Positions 8,915 to 20,369 of a stretch of 58,158 nt of DNA are shown here, piece by piece. The notes under the pieces are model-generated. The model ran no database searches. It worked only from the letters and a program-made list of their open reading frames with translations, and was not told the DNA's origin. How positions within the stretch are numbered: the first letter of the stretch is position 1; each line of letters begins with the position of its first letter. The position numbers and the translations under genes were made by a program. Origin of the DNA: an uncultured Gemmatimonadaceae bacterium. Its GTDB lineage: Bacteria > Gemmatimonadota > Gemmatimonadetes > Longimicrobiales > RSA9. Where the stretch lies: the NCBI GenBank assembly GCA_964416095.1, contig CAYQCY010000006.1, forward strand, positions 1 to 58,158, given 5' to 3'.

Positions 8915-10159
8915 GTGGGGCTCGAATGGTTCGTTGCCCGGCGCTACCTGGCGTCCCGGCGGAAGGGCCAGTTCCTCTCGCTCATCACGCTCATCGCCAT
9001 CGGCGGCATCTTCGTGGGCGTCGCCGCGCTGATCACGGTGATCGCCGTGATGACCGGGCTCCAGAACGACCTGCGTCAGAAGATCCTGGGCACGAATCCC
9101 CACATCTACGTCTTCGAGTCGGGTCGAGGGTTCCGGCTGCGGGAGTGGCGGCAGCCGCTGGAGGTGGCCCGGCGGACCGAGGGCGTGGTCGCGGCCGAGC
9201 CGTTCATCATGACCCAGGTCGGGGTGCTGGTGCCCGGCGCGGGCTACGCCCAGGCCGGCTTGCTCTACGGCATCGACGCCGGGTCGGATTCGCCGGCGCT
9301 GACGGAGATCGAGGAGCAGATCCGCTCCGGAGAGCTCGCGCTGGGGCCCACCCGGACCGGCTATCCGCCCATGCTCATGGGCAGCCGCCTGGCCGACCGG
9401 CTGGGCGTGTACGCCGGCGACACCCTGGTGGTGGCGTCGTTCGAGAACGTGAAGACGGGCGCGCTGGGCGAGCCGGTTCCCGCCATGATGAAGTTCGAGC
9501 TCACGGGCCGCTTCACGACGGGCATGTGGGAGTACGACAGCAACAACATGTACACCCGCCTGGAACCGGCCCAGGCGCTACTGGAGTTCGACGACGACGT
9601 GAGCGGCATCGCGGTGAACGTGAGGGACCCGTGGGAAGCGGCCGCGGTGCGGGAAGCCCTCATGGAAGACCTGCCGTACGGGCTCTGGAGCAACGACTGG
9701 ATGGAGCTGAACGCATCCCTCTTCGAGGCGCTCAAGCTCGAGAAGCTGGCCATGGCCGTGATCCTGTTCCTCATCGTGGTGGTGGCAGCCTTCAACATCA
9801 TCAGCACCCTCATCATGGTGGTCACGGACAAGACCCGTGAGATCGGCATCCTGAAGTCCATGGGCATGAGCGCGGGACGCATCCTGAAGGTCTTCATGGT
9901 GCAGGGTCTCGTCATCGGCCTGGTGGGGACGACGCTGGGCAGCGGGGCGGGGCTCGGCCTCGTCTGGCTGCTGGACCGGTACGAGTTCATCACGCTACCC
10001 GGCGATGTCTACTTCATCGACCGGCTGCCGGTGGCGCTGGACCCACTGGACCTGGCTCTCATCATCGTGGTGAGCATCCTCATCGCGTTCGTGGCGACCA
10101 TCTACCCGGCGCGCCAGGCTTCGCGGTTGGAACCGGTGGAGGCGATTCGCCATGAATGA
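8915..10159 (+). CDS. lolC: Lipoprotein-releasing ABC transporter permease LolC/E (LolF-type, single gene)
   Basis: FVARRYL N terminus; VAAFNIISTLIMVVTDKTREIGILKSMG; YPARQAS...EAIRHE. Confidence 0.9.
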   Translation: MGLEWFVARRYLASRRKGQFLSLITLIAIGGIFVGVAALITVIAVMTGLQNDLRQKILGTNPHIYVFESGRGFRLREWRQPLEVARRTEGVVAAEPFIMTQVGVLVPGAGYAQAGLLYGIDAGSDSPALTEIEEQIRSGELALGPTRTGYPPMLMGSRLADRLGVYAGDTLVVASFENVKTGALGEPVPAMMKFELTGRFTTGMWEYDSNNMYTRLEPAQALLEFDDDVSGIAVNVRDPWEAAAVREALMEDLPYGLWSNDWMELNASLFEALKLEKLAMAVILFLIVVVAAFNIISTLIMVVTDKTREIGILKSMGMSAGRILKVFMVQGLVIGLVGTTLGSGAGLGLVWLLDRYEFITLPGDVYFIDRLPVALDPLDLALIIVVSILIAFVATIYPARQASRLEPVEAIRHE

Positions 10160-10892
10160 GGCGCAGGCCCGGCCGGACGCGGCAGGAGTCGGGGAGGGCG
10201 CGGCCACGCCGGCGGTCCGGGCCCGGGAGCTGAGGAAGGTCTACATCGGTGGGGACGGGAGCGAACTCGTCGTCCTCGACGGGGTAGAGGTCGAGGTACG
10301 AAAGGGTGAGGCGGTGGCCGTGGTGGGGGCGAGCGGGGCGGGCAAGTCGACCCTGCTCCATCTCCTGGGAGGGCTGGACCGGCCCACGGGGGGTCGGGTG
10401 GAGGTGGCGGGTCGTCCGCTGGGCGAGCTGCCGGACGCGGCGCTGGCTGCCTTCCGGAATCGACACGTAGGCTTCGTGTTCCAGTTCCACCACCTGCTGA
10501 GGGAGTTCACGGCCGCCGAGAACGTGATGATGCCGATGCTCATCGGAGGTATCGAGGAACCGGAGGCCCGGGCCCGGGCGCTGGACCTGCTGGATCAGGT
10601 GGGCCTGGCGGGCCGCGTGGAGCATCGGCCTCTGGAGCTGAGCGGTGGTGAGCAGCAGCGCGTGGCGGTGGCCCGGGCGCTGGCAAACCGGCCGGCCGTG
10701 GTGCTGGCGGACGAACCCAGCGGCAACCTGGACCACCACACGAGCGAGAGGCTGCACGAGCTGTTCTTCCGGCTGCGCGCCGAGCACGGGGTGTCGCTGG
10801 TGCTGGCGACCCACAACCGGGAACTGGCGGACCGGGCGGACCGGGTGCTGCGCGTCAAGGACGGGATCCTGGAAACCGTGGAATCTGACTGA
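10152..10892 (+). CDS. lolD: Lipoprotein-releasing ABC transporter ATPase
   Basis: GASGAGKST; [10 protein letters not shown] LolD motif; [10 protein letters not shown]; [10 protein letters not shown]. Confidence 0.93.
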   Translation: MNEAQARPDAAGVGEGAATPAVRARELRKVYIGGDGSELVVLDGVEVEVRKGEAVAVVGASGAGKSTLLHLLGGLDRPTGGRVEVAGRPLGELPDAALAAFRNRHVGFVFQFHHLLREFTAAENVMMPMLIGGIEEPEARARALDLLDQVGLAGRVEHRPLELSGGEQQRVAVARALANRPAVVLADEPSGNLDHHTSERLHELFFRLRAEHGVSLVLATHNRELADRADRVLRVKDGILETVESD

Positions 10893-10897
10893 GCGCC

Positions 10898-11401
10898 ATG
10901 CGTTGCGACCATTGCGGTGAGAACGAGGCGGTGATCCATCTCACGCAGATCGTGAACAACGAGATGAGCACGTTCCACCTCTGCGAGGCCTGCGCCGCGG
11001 CCCAGGGCCTCGAGCCCGATGCCGGGTCCGTGAACGCCCCGCTGACCGACTTCCTGGCGCAGCTCGGCAAAGAGGGCACGACCTCGGTGCCGGCCCAGCC
11101 AGAGCGGTGCTCGTACTGCGGGCTCGTGCTCGACGACTTCAAGAAGACGGGCCGCCTGGGCTGCCCCCACTGCTACGTCACGTTCGAGGTCCACCTGCGC
11201 GGCCTGCTCCGGCGGCTGCACGGCAGCACGCAGCACCTCGGCAAGGTCTACCTGCCGCCGGACCCGACAGAAGCCGACCGGCAGCGTCGGCTGTCGGGTC
11301 TGCGCCGGAAGCTGGACCGGGCCGTGGAAGGCGAGGACTTCGAGCGGGCGGCGGAGCTACGCGACCAGATCCAGGTGCTCGAAGGGGCCGAGGATGCTTG
11401 A
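10898..11401 (+). CDS. mcsA: Protein-arginine kinase activator McsA
   Basis: Four CxxC motifs; GRLGCPHCY; C-terminal UVR motif [13 protein letters not shown]. Confidence 0.92.
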   Translation: MRCDHCGENEAVIHLTQIVNNEMSTFHLCEACAAAQGLEPDAGSVNAPLTDFLAQLGKEGTTSVPAQPERCSYCGLVLDDFKKTGRLGCPHCYVTFEVHLRGLLRRLHGSTQHLGKVYLPPDPTEADRQRRLSGLRRKLDRAVEGEDFERAAELRDQIQVLEGAEDA

Positions 11402-12494
11402 CTTGACCGCCCTGGGCGATTTCGGCCTGAGCTGGCTGGACGCCAGCGGTGCCTACGGCGACATCGTCCTGTCCACCCGCGTGCGCCTGGCCAGGAACCT
11501 CCAGGGCCACGCCTTCGGCCCCCGCATCGGTGAGCACGAACGGCGCGCCGTCTACGACGAGATCATGGCCGTGGTCAACGCGCGGACGGCGCTGCGCGGC
11601 GGTGCCCTGGTGAAGCTGCCGGACACGCCGCACCTGTCGCGGAAGGTCCTGCTGGAGCGTCACCTGATCTCCCGGGAGCTGGCAGGCGCGAACGGCGACG
11701 GGCCGCCCTCGGGCTCGGCGCTGCTCCTCAGCCCCGACGAGCAGGTGGGCGCCCTGTTGAACGAGGAGGATCACCTGCGGCTGCAGAGCCTCCTGTCGGG
11801 GCTTCAGATCCGGGAAGCATACCACATGGTGGATGCGCTGGACGAAGAGCTGGGCAGCGAGCTGCCCATGGCGTTCCACCACGAGTTCGGCTACCTGACG
11901 AGCTGCCCGACGAACGTGGGGACCGGGTTGAGGGCGAGCATCCTGGTGCATTTGCCGGGGCTCGTGCTGACCAAGGAGATCGGCAAAGTGCTCCAGGGGA
12001 TCGGCCAGGTGGGGCTGACCTTCCGCGGCCTGTACGGTGAGGGGTCGGAAGTGGTGGGCAACTTCTTCCAGATCTCGAACCAGACCACGCTGGGCAAGAG
12101 CGAGGAAGACCTGGTCGACCACCTGGAGAAGATCGTGCGCCAGGTCCTGCAGTACGAGGCGCAGGCGCGGAGCGTGCTCATGCGCGAGGCGCCGTCGGTC
12201 ATCGAGGACAAGATATGGCGCGCCTACGGGCTGCTGCGCTACGCTCGATCGCTGTCCTTCGAAGAGGTCATGAATCTGCTCAGCGGCGTCCGCCTCGGCG
12301 TGAGCATGAAACTGCTCCGTGAGCTCAGTGTATACACGCTGAACAAAGTCATGATCTACACCCAGTCGGCCCACCTGGAACAGGCGGCCGGCCGTGCTCT
12401 TTCGGAGCCCGAAGCGGCGCTCCACAGGGCGGGTTACGTACGCCGCGTGCTCGCGGAGGAGGCGGAGCGGGCCGGCGGCTCTTCCGAAGACTGA
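11394..12494 (+). CDS. mcsB: Protein arginine kinase McsB
   Basis: STRVRLARNL, NEEDHLR, GYLTSCPTNVGTGLRAS, QISNQTTLG. Confidence 0.95.
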   Translation: MLDLTALGDFGLSWLDASGAYGDIVLSTRVRLARNLQGHAFGPRIGEHERRAVYDEIMAVVNARTALRGGALVKLPDTPHLSRKVLLERHLISRELAGANGDGPPSGSALLLSPDEQVGALLNEEDHLRLQSLLSGLQIREAYHMVDALDEELGSELPMAFHHEFGYLTSCPTNVGTGLRASILVHLPGLVLTKEIGKVLQGIGQVGLTFRGLYGEGSEVVGNFFQISNQTTLGKSEEDLVDHLEKIVRQVLQYEAQARSVLMREAPSVIEDKIWRAYGLLRYARSLSFEEVMNLLSGVRLGVSMKLLRELSVYTLNKVMIYTQSAHLEQAAGRALSEPEAALHRAGYVRRVLAEEAERAGGSSED

Positions 12495-12534
12495 AGCGAA
12501 CCGGGTCGCACCCAAGCGCGGAAGAGGGCATCGG

Positions 12535-15024
12535 ATGAACTACAACTTCACGGACCGGGTCCGGAAGGTACTGGCGATGGCGCGCGAGGAAGCCATCCGC
12601 CTGCAGCACGACTACGTGGGCACGGAACACATCCTCCTCGGGCTGATCCGTGAGGGTGAGGGTGTTGCGGCGGCGGTGCTGATGAACCTGAACGTGGACC
12701 TCGAGCAGATCCACGAGCGGATCGAGGAGTCGGTGCGGAAGGGGAAGGCCACGATCGCACTGGGCGAGCTGCCGTACACGTCGCGGGCCAAGAAGGTCCT
12801 GGAGTACGCCATGGCCGAGGCCCGTGAGCTGAGCCACTCGTACGTGGGAACGGAGCACCTCCTGTTGGGGTTGCTCCGGGAGGAGAAGGGCATCGCTGCG
12901 CAGGTCCTGAATTCGCTGGGCGTGTCTCTGGAGGAGGCGCGCGCCGAGACGTTGAAGCTGCTGGGGAGCGACATGAATCCGTCGCAACCGACGACGCCGG
13001 GTGGAGGGGGGAGCGGAGGCGGCTCCTCCAGCGCGAAGAGTGAGAAGAAATCGAAGACGCCGGCCCTCGACCATTTCTGCCGCGACCTGACGGAGCTGGC
13101 CAGGAAGGACGAGCTGGATCCGACCATCGGCCGGGGCAAGGAAATCGAGCGGGTGATGGAGGTGCTGTCCCGCCGCAAGAAGAACAATCCAGTCCTCATC
13201 GGCGAGCCGGGCGTGGGCAAGACAGCCATCGTGGAAGGTCTGGCGCAGCTCATCGCGCGGGGCGAGGTGGCGGACAGCCTGAAGGAGCACCGGGTCCTGG
13301 CGTTGGACATGGCGGCGGTCATCGCCGGCACGAAGTACCGCGGCCAGTTCGAGGAGCGACTCAAGGCGATCATGAACGAGATCGCCCAGAACAAGAACAT
13401 CATCCTCTTCATCGACGAGCTGCACACCCTCGTGGGTGCCGGGGCAGCGGAAGGCGCCATCGATGCATCCAACATGTTGAAGCCGGCGCTGGCCCGGGGC
13501 GAGCTACAGTGTGTGGGTGCCTCGACGCTGAACGAGTACCGGAAGTACGTCGAGAAGGACGGCGCGCTGGAGCGGCGCTTCCAGACCGTCATCGTGGATC
13601 CGCCGACGGTGGACGAGACGGTGGAGATCCTGAGGGGGCTGCGGTCCCACTACGAGGAGCATCACCGGGTGGAGATTCCGGACGACTCCCTGGGCGCCTC
13701 GGCGAAGCTGTCGGAGCGCTACATCACGGACCGGTTCCTGCCGGACAAGGCGATCGACGTCATCGACGAGGCGGGCGCACGGGCGCGACTGGCCACCCAG
13801 GTGCCGCCGCCCGAGGTGGCGGACCTGAAGGAAGACCTGAAGGAGCTCGGCGAGAAGAAGGACGAGGCGATCCGCGACCAGGACTTCGAGCGGGCCGCCG
13901 AGCTGCGGGACCGGGAGCGGGAGCTGCACGCCGATATCCGTGCCAAGCAGGAGGCCTGGGAGGAGGAGCGGAAGTCGCACCGTCCGGTCATCGGCGTGGA
14001 GGAGATCGCCTTCATCGTGAGCCGGTGGACGGGGATCCCGGTGACGCGGCTGCGGGAGGCCGAGACACAACGGCTGGTCCACATGGAAGACGAGGTGCAC
14101 AAGCGAGTCGTGGGCCAGGACGAGGCCATCGCGGCCATCAGCCGGGCCATCCGGCGGAGCCGCGCCGGGCTGAAGAACCCGAACCGTCCCATCGGCAGCT
14201 TCATCTTCTCCGGCCCCACGGGCGTGGGGAAGACGGAGCTGGCCCGGGCGCTGGCCGAGTTCTTGTTCGCGGACCGGGAGGCGCTCATCCGCGTGGACAT
14301 GAGCGAGTACATGGAGAAGTTCTCCGTGTCCCGGCTCATCGGCGCGCCCCCGGGCTACGTCGGCTACGAGGACTCGGGCACCCTGACCAAGGCCGTGCGG
14401 CGTCGGCCCTACTCGGTCGTCCTGCTGGACGAGATCGAGAAGGCGCACCCGGACGTGTTCAACATCCTGCTGCAAGTGCTGGACGAGGGTCACCTGACGG
14501 ACAACTACGGCCGGCAGATCGACTTCAAGAACACGGTCCTCATCATGACGTCCAACCTGGGCGCCCGTGACATCAGCAAGGGGAAGGCATCCCTCGGCTT
14601 CCACGACCCGGACGCCGAGACCAGCTACGATCTCATGCAGAAGAAGGTCACGGAAGAGATCGAGCGGGCGTTCAACCCCGAGTTCCTGAACCGGATCGAC
14701 GACACGATCGTCTTCCATGCGCTGGACCGGGCACAGATCGGGCAGATCGTCTACATCATGCTCCAGGAGGTGGAGGAGCGCCTGGCCGAGGAGGAGCTCA
14801 CGTTGAGCCTGACGGACGAGGCCGTGAAGTTCCTGGTGGACCGGGGCTACGATGAGAAGTTCGGTGCCCGGCCCCTGCGACGGGCGATCCAGCGGTACCT
14901 CGAGGATCCGCTCTCCGAGAAGATCCTGGTCTCGGAGTTCTCCGCAGGCGACGAGATCGAGGTCGACGTGGCGCCGGATGGCGAAGGGCTGGAGTTCAGG
15001 GTCCCCTCTTCCACGACGACATGA
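12535..15024 (+). CDS. clpC: ATP-dependent Clp protease ATP-binding subunit ClpC
   Basis: Two Clp-N repeats (GTEHILLGL / GTEHLLLGL); two AAA modules ([16 protein letters not shown]); UVR middle domain; LGF ClpP-docking loop. Confidence 0.96.
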   Translation: MNYNFTDRVRKVLAMAREEAIRLQHDYVGTEHILLGLIREGEGVAAAVLMNLNVDLEQIHERIEESVRKGKATIALGELPYTSRAKKVLEYAMAEARELSHSYVGTEHLLLGLLREEKGIAAQVLNSLGVSLEEARAETLKLLGSDMNPSQPTTPGGGGSGGGSSSAKSEKKSKTPALDHFCRDLTELARKDELDPTIGRGKEIERVMEVLSRRKKNNPVLIGEPGVGKTAIVEGLAQLIARGEVADSLKEHRVLALDMAAVIAGTKYRGQFEERLKAIMNEIAQNKNIILFIDELHTLVGAGAAEGAIDASNMLKPALARGELQCVGASTLNEYRKYVEKDGALERRFQTVIVDPPTVDETVEILRGLRSHYEEHHRVEIPDDSLGASAKLSERYITDRFLPDKAIDVIDEAGARARLATQVPPPEVADLKEDLKELGEKKDEAIRDQDFERAAELRDRERELHADIRAKQEAWEEERKSHRPVIGVEEIAFIVSRWTGIPVTRLREAETQRLVHMEDEVHKRVVGQDEAIAAISRAIRRSRAGLKNPNRPIGSFIFSGPTGVGKTELARALAEFLFADREALIRVDMSEYMEKFSVSRLIGAPPGYVGYEDSGTLTKAVRRRPYSVVLLDEIEKAHPDVFNILLQVLDEGHLTDNYGRQIDFKNTVLIMTSNLGARDISKGKASLGFHDPDAETSYDLMQKKVTEEIERAFNPEFLNRIDDTIVFHALDRAQIGQIVYIMLQEVEERLAEEELTLSLTDEAVKFLVDRGYDEKFGARPLRRAIQRYLEDPLSEKILVSEFSAGDEIEVDVAPDGEGLEFRVPSSTTT

Positions 15025-17468
15025 CGCTCGACTCCCCGACACGGATCCGTTCGGCAGCGCTGGCCGTGCTGGTCGCGCTGCCGTCCGTGTTCCACGGCGA
15101 GGCGCGGGGGCAGGAACCGGCCATGGAGGCCGGGCAGGAGGTCGTGGTGGCCGCCGTCGAGGTGCGGGGCAACGATCGGCAGCCTGCCGAGTTCGTGGAG
15201 GCAGAGGCGGGGATCCGGCCCGGTGCCCGTATCCGGTACGCGGACATCCAGGACGCCATCCACCGCTTGTGGCGCACGGGGCAGTACGCGGACGTCCGGG
15301 TCTACGCCGCGCCCGTGTCTTCGGCGCAGGACAGCGCCGACGTGATCATCGAGGTCGAGGAGCGGCCCTTCGTGGCCTTCATCGACTTCGAGGGGCTCAA
15401 GCACGTGAGCGGCCGGACGGTGCGCGACACGGTGGGACTGCGCTCCGGGGCTCCCTTGAATCCGTCCCGGGTCACGGAAGCGGAACAGATGATCCGGGAG
15501 CTGCTGGCCGACGAGGGGATCCGTGCGCGGCGGGTCGAGCACGAGGTCGAGCCGATCCCGGATTTCCCCGGGGAGTACCGGCTCGTGTTCCGGGTGGAGG
15601 AGGGGGCCCGCGTCGCCATCGCGGACATCGAGTTCGAAGACAACGAGGTCTTCACCGACGAGGAGCTGGAGGGCGTCATCGCGACGCGGCGGGAAGGGTT
15701 CCTCTGGTTCCGCACGGGCACCTTCGACGAGACCGTTCTGCGGCAGGACCTCCGGCAGAACCTGCCGTCCTTCTACGGTGAGAACGGGTACCTGGACTTC
15801 GTCGTGGAGGGGGACAGCCTGGTGGTGGATCCCCGCACCGGGAAGGGCCGGCTGATCGTCGCGGTGAGCGAGGGGTCCCAGTACCGGCTGCTGGAGTTCG
15901 AGATCCGCGGGAACCGGCGCTTCTCCACGGAAGACCTGCGGGCGTACTTCGAGACGTCACGGGGCGGCCTGCTCCAGAGCTTCGGCATCGGGCGGAGCAG
16001 CGGCCAGGATGCGGAAGACCAGCCGGTGTTCGACCTGGACAACTTCGAGGCCGCGACGGAGGACATCCGGCAGCTCTACCGCAACAACGGCTATCTGTAC
16101 GCCCAGGTGAGTCCGTATGTGGAGCGAACCCACACAGACGAAGGCGAGGCCGCCGTGCGGGTGGGCTGGGACGTGCGGGAAGGCGAGCCCGCCTTCATCA
16201 ACCGGGTCTCGATCCGGGGCAACACCTTCACGCACGAGGACGTGATCCGGGACCGGATCATGCTCGTGCCGGGGGACATCTACAACGAAGAGCTGCTCAT
16301 CCAGAGCTACCGCAGCATCATGGGGCTCGGTTTCTTCGAGTCACCGCTCCCGTTGCCGCAGATCGACCAGAAGCGGAACGGCGATGTGAACGTGACGTTC
16401 GAGGTGGAGGAGAAGCAGACGGGCAGCATCAACTTCGGCACATCGGTGGGCGGATTCGGCGGTCTCGCCGGGTTCATCGGCTACGACCAGCCGAATCTCT
16501 TCGGCCAGGCGAAGGCGGGCCACCTGCGGGGCGAATGGGGACGCTACACCCAGAACTTCGAGGCGTCCTACACCGATCCGGCCATCCGGGGCTCCCGCAT
16601 CAGCGGTTCCGTCTCCCTGTTCAGCACCCGGGACAACCGGTTCTTCCGGTTCTCGGAAGGCCAGCGGCGCAGGACCGGGGCATCGCTGCAGATGGGACTG
16701 CCGTTCCCCCTGGACAGGCGCTTCACCCGGGCCTTCATCGGGTACTCCCTGTCCCGCACGACGTACGAGCGGTTCCAGGGTGTCGACCCGACCTCGATCT
16801 TCGGGCTGCCGCCGGCCGTCCAGAGCCGGATCTCCATCGGGCTGAGGCGAAACACCCTGGACAGCCCGCTGTTTCCGACGGTGGGGTCACGCCAGGAGCT
16901 TGTGGCGGAGCTCAACGGTGGACCGCTGGGCGGCGACGGAAACTTCCAGAAGTACACGGCGTCCGGCAGCTGGTACGTGCCGGTGGGCTCGTTCGGCAGC
17001 GGGCAGCCCGGCGTGAGGCCCGTGCGCATGACCCTGGGGCTCACGGCGGACGCGGGCGCCATCACCGGCAACGTCGACCTGTTCCCCTTCGAGAGCTTCT
17101 GGATGGGCGGCGTCCTGTTCGGCAACTCGCTCCGCGGGTATGAAGAGACGTCGATTACGCCGTTCGGCTACTTCGATCGGAGCGACGACCGGGTGGCGCT
17201 GCGGGACCGGCTGGGGAAGGCCTTCTTCCGACTCTCCAGCGAGTGGGCCATCCGCTTGAACGACAACATCTCGTTGCAGGTTTTCGGGGATGCCGGTAGC
17301 CTGTGGCAGGACGTGAGCGACGTGAACACGACGCGCCTGTTCCGAGGCGCCGGCGTGGGCATCACCCTGGTGACCCCGTTCGGACCGCTGGGCCTGGACT
17401 ACGCATACGGGTTCGACAAGCCGGACCCCGGATGGCAGCTGCACTTCAAGTTCGGGCCGGGGATCTGA
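15021..17468 (+). CDS. bamA: Outer membrane protein assembly factor BamA
   Basis: Signal peptide; POTRA repeats; TGSINFG barrel start; LRGY loop motif; TPFGPLGLDYAYG. Confidence 0.95.
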   Translation: MTLDSPTRIRSAALAVLVALPSVFHGEARGQEPAMEAGQEVVVAAVEVRGNDRQPAEFVEAEAGIRPGARIRYADIQDAIHRLWRTGQYADVRVYAAPVSSAQDSADVIIEVEERPFVAFIDFEGLKHVSGRTVRDTVGLRSGAPLNPSRVTEAEQMIRELLADEGIRARRVEHEVEPIPDFPGEYRLVFRVEEGARVAIADIEFEDNEVFTDEELEGVIATRREGFLWFRTGTFDETVLRQDLRQNLPSFYGENGYLDFVVEGDSLVVDPRTGKGRLIVAVSEGSQYRLLEFEIRGNRRFSTEDLRAYFETSRGGLLQSFGIGRSSGQDAEDQPVFDLDNFEAATEDIRQLYRNNGYLYAQVSPYVERTHTDEGEAAVRVGWDVREGEPAFINRVSIRGNTFTHEDVIRDRIMLVPGDIYNEELLIQSYRSIMGLGFFESPLPLPQIDQKRNGDVNVTFEVEEKQTGSINFGTSVGGFGGLAGFIGYDQPNLFGQAKAGHLRGEWGRYTQNFEASYTDPAIRGSRISGSVSLFSTRDNRFFRFSEGQRRRTGASLQMGLPFPLDRRFTRAFIGYSLSRTTYERFQGVDPTSIFGLPPAVQSRISIGLRRNTLDSPLFPTVGSRQELVAELNGGPLGGDGNFQKYTASGSWYVPVGSFGSGQPGVRPVRMTLGLTADAGAITGNVDLFPFESFWMGGVLFGNSLRGYEETSITPFGYFDRSDDRVALRDRLGKAFFRLSSEWAIRLNDNISLQVFGDAGSLWQDVSDVNTTRLFRGAGVGITLVTPFGPLGLDYAYGFDKPDPGWQLHFKFGPGI

Positions 17469-17488
17469 TTCTTCCACCACGTGAGAGC

Positions 17489-18019
17489 ATGAGACATCGT
17501 TTTCAGACGACCTGGATCGCCGCCTGCCTCATCGCCGTCGCCGGACCGGCGACGGCGCAGGTGCAGGGGAAGATCGGCTACATCGACTCCCAGCGGATCA
17601 TCGCGCAGGCACCCGGCGCCGACTCGGCGCGTCAGGCGTTCGAGCAGGACATGGCGCGCTACCGCGAGCAGCTGGCCCCGCTGCAGGAGGAGCTCCAGCA
17701 GATGATCGCCGAGTACGAGCAGCAGCAGGCGGTCATGACGCCGGAGCGGCGCCAGGCCCGGGAGGAGGAGATCCGGGCCAAGCAGACGGAGTACCAGCAG
17801 ATGACGCAGCAGCTCGAGCAGCAGGCCCAGGCCCGGCAGCAGGAGCTCATGGCGCCCATCATGGAGAAGATCGAGCGGGTCCTGGAGGCCATCCGGACGG
17901 ATCAGGGCTACATCATGATCTTCGACGCGGCTTCCTCGGGCCTCATCGCCGCGGACCCGTCGCTGGACCTGACGCCCGAGGTGCTGCGGCGGCTCCAGGC
18001 CCTGGCATCGTCCGGCTGA
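17489..18019 (+). CDS. skp: Skp/OmpH periplasmic chaperone
   Basis: Signal peptide; [11 protein letters not shown]; long coiled coil; DLTPEVL; located after bamA. Confidence 0.92.
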   Translation: MRHRFQTTWIAACLIAVAGPATAQVQGKIGYIDSQRIIAQAPGADSARQAFEQDMARYREQLAPLQEELQQMIAEYEQQQAVMTPERRQAREEEIRAKQTEYQQMTQQLEQQAQARQQELMAPIMEKIERVLEAIRTDQGYIMIFDAASSGLIAADPSLDLTPEVLRRLQALASSG

Positions 18020-18059
18020 GCCGGGATTGGCGCGAGGCCCGGGCATGGAGCGCCACGTG

Positions 18060-19085
18060 ATGCGGGCGTCGGAGATGGCCCGGCTGCTCGACGCCCGGCT
18101 GGACGGGGGGGGCGATCCCGAACTCACCGGGGTGGCCCCCCTCGACCGTGCGGGGCCCGCGGACCTCGGACTTCTTGCAGCACGGAAGTATCTCTCCTAC
18201 GTTCCGCCGTCCCGCGCCGGAGCGCTGCTCGTATCGGAGGAGCTGGCCGGCGAGCTGGAAGACGCGCGGCCTCGGATCGTGGTGCCGGACGCCCACGCGG
18301 CGCTGGTGACGCTCCTACCGGAGCTGTACCCGGAGCCCCGCCCGGAGCCCGGCGTGCACCCGACGGCGGTGGTCTCGGACGACGCGGAGCTCGGTGCCGA
18401 TGTCTCCGTGGGACCCCACGTGGTGGTCGGCGGAGGGACGACGGTAGGAGCCCGGGCCCGCATCGGAGCCCACACCGTGGTTGGCGCGGGCTGCGCCGTG
18501 GGCGAGGACGTGGTGCTCCACGCCCATGTGACCCTGTACGATGGCGTGCGGGTCGGCGAACGGTCCATCATCCACAGCGGGGCCCGGATCGGGGTGGACG
18601 GGTTCGGCTACGCCCAGGTGGACGGCGTGCCGCGCAAGATCCCGCAGGTGGGCACCGTCCACATCGGCGCGGACGTGGAGATCGGGGCCAACACGACGGT
18701 GGACCGGGGCTCCATCGGGACCACCGAGATCGGGGACGGGGTCAAGATCGACAATCTGGTCCAGGTCGCCCACAACGTGCGCATCGGGGCGTACACGGTC
18801 ATCGCCGCCCAGAGCGGAATCGCGGGCAGCACGACGCTGGGCACCGGGGTGACGCTGGGTGGCCAGGCCGGGATCCGCGGTCACGTCCACATCGGTGATG
18901 GCGCCCGGATCGCAGCGCAGGCTGGGGTGTTCGGGGACGTGCCGGCGGGTGTCACCTACAGCGGCTACCCGGCTCGACCGCACCGTGAGGCGCTCAGGGC
19001 CCAGGCGGGCACCTTCCGCATCCCGAAGCTGGCGGAGCGCCTGAGACGTCTGGAGCAGCGGCTCGACGACGACGGGGAAGGGTAA
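18060..19085 (+). CDS. lpxD: UDP-3-O-(3-hydroxyacyl)glucosamine N-acyltransferase
   Basis: Hexapeptide repeats; DGFGY; [11 protein letters not shown]; [12 protein letters not shown]; start uncertain (18045, 18057 or 18060). Confidence 0.95.
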   Translation: MRASEMARLLDARLDGGGDPELTGVAPLDRAGPADLGLLAARKYLSYVPPSRAGALLVSEELAGELEDARPRIVVPDAHAALVTLLPELYPEPRPEPGVHPTAVVSDDAELGADVSVGPHVVVGGGTTVGARARIGAHTVVGAGCAVGEDVVLHAHVTLYDGVRVGERSIIHSGARIGVDGFGYAQVDGVPRKIPQVGTVHIGADVEIGANTTVDRGSIGTTEIGDGVKIDNLVQVAHNVRIGAYTVIAAQSGIAGSTTLGTGVTLGGQAGIRGHVHIGDGARIAAQAGVFGDVPAGVTYSGYPARPHREALRAQAGTFRIPKLAERLRRLEQRLDDDGEG

Positions 19086-20369
19086 ATGCCCGGTAAACAG
19101 CAGACCATCGGGGGCGAGACGGAGCTCCAGGGCGTGGGGCTCCACACCGGCGAGCATGCACGGGTCACCCTGAAACCGGCGGAGCCGGACACGGGCATGC
19201 GGTTCGTGCGCGTCGACCTGGCCGACGACCCGGTCATCGTCGTGGACCTGGACCACGTGGAGTCGACGGAGATGGGGACGTCTCTCGGCGCCGGCGAGGT
19301 CAGGGCCCGGACGGTGGAGCACCTGCTGGGCGCGGTGGTGGCGCTGGGCATTGACAACCTGGTGGTGGAGCTCGAGGGGCCGGAGGTGCCCATCCTGGAC
19401 GGCAGCTTTCAGCCGTTCTGCGAAGCGCTCCGGAAGGTGGGTCCCGTGGAGCAGGACCGACCGGCACGGGTCGTGTCGCTGAGCACGCCGTTCGAGCTGG
19501 AAGGCCCGAACGGCGGTCGCTACGTGTACGCTCCATCGGATACGCTGCGCGTATCGGCGACCATCGAATTCGACCATCCCATGATCCGCCGGCAGTACGC
19601 CTCGTTCGAGGCGGATGCGGAGACCTTCGAGGCGGAGCTGGCGCCGGCGCGCACGTTCGGGTTCCTGCAATGGGCCGAGGACCTCCGGGCGAAGGGCCTG
19701 GCCCTGGGCGCGAGCCTCGAGAACACCATCGTGCTGAACGAGGTCGGGCTGGAAGGGGGCGAGCTCCGGTTCAGCGACGAGTTCGTGCGGCACAAGATCG
19801 GCGACATCGTGGGCGATCTGGCCCTCGTCGGCGCTCGCGTCCAGGCTCACATCGTGTCCGACCGCCCGAGCCACGCCGGCAACCTGGCCGCCGCCCGGGA
19901 GCTCGTGAAGCTCGCCCGTCGCCAGAGCGGCGAGCCCATCGTGGACGTGACCAAGATCCTCCAGTACCTGCCGCACCGGTACCCGATGCTGCTCGTGGAC
20001 CGGGTCATCGATTTCGAGGCGGGCCGGCGCATCGTGGGGATCAAGAACGTCACGATCAACGAGCCATTCTTCCAGGGCCACTACCCGGGCCACCCCATCA
20101 TGCCGGGGGTGCTCATCATCGAGGCCATGGCCCAGGTCGGCGGCCTGCTCCTCATGGACACCATCGACGACCCGGAGTCGAAGGTGGTCTACTTCATGAC
20201 CATGGACAACGTGAAGTGGCGTCGTCCCGTCACGCCCGGAGACCAGCTCGTCTTCGAGCTGGAGATGCTCCAGTTCCGGCGGCACACGTGTCGCATCAAG
20301 GGTGTCGCACGCGTGGATGGAAACGTCGTCGCGGAGGCGGAGATGATGGCGCGGATCGTGGACCGCTGA
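19086..20369 (+). CDS. lpxC-fabZ: Bifunctional LpxC deacetylase / FabZ dehydratase
   Basis: GVGLHTG, TVEHLL, HKIGDIVGDL (LpxC); LPHRYPMLLVD, FFQGHYPGHPIMPGVL (FabZ). Confidence 0.96.
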   Translation: MPGKQQTIGGETELQGVGLHTGEHARVTLKPAEPDTGMRFVRVDLADDPVIVVDLDHVESTEMGTSLGAGEVRARTVEHLLGAVVALGIDNLVVELEGPEVPILDGSFQPFCEALRKVGPVEQDRPARVVSLSTPFELEGPNGGRYVYAPSDTLRVSATIEFDHPMIRRQYASFEADAETFEAELAPARTFGFLQWAEDLRAKGLALGASLENTIVLNEVGLEGGELRFSDEFVRHKIGDIVGDLALVGARVQAHIVSDRPSHAGNLAAARELVKLARRQSGEPIVDVTKILQYLPHRYPMLLVDRVIDFEAGRRIVGIKNVTINEPFFQGHYPGHPIMPGVLIIEAMAQVGGLLLMDTIDDPESKVVYFMTMDNVKWRRPVTPGDQLVFELEMLQFRRHTCRIKGVARVDGNVVAEAEMMARIVDR

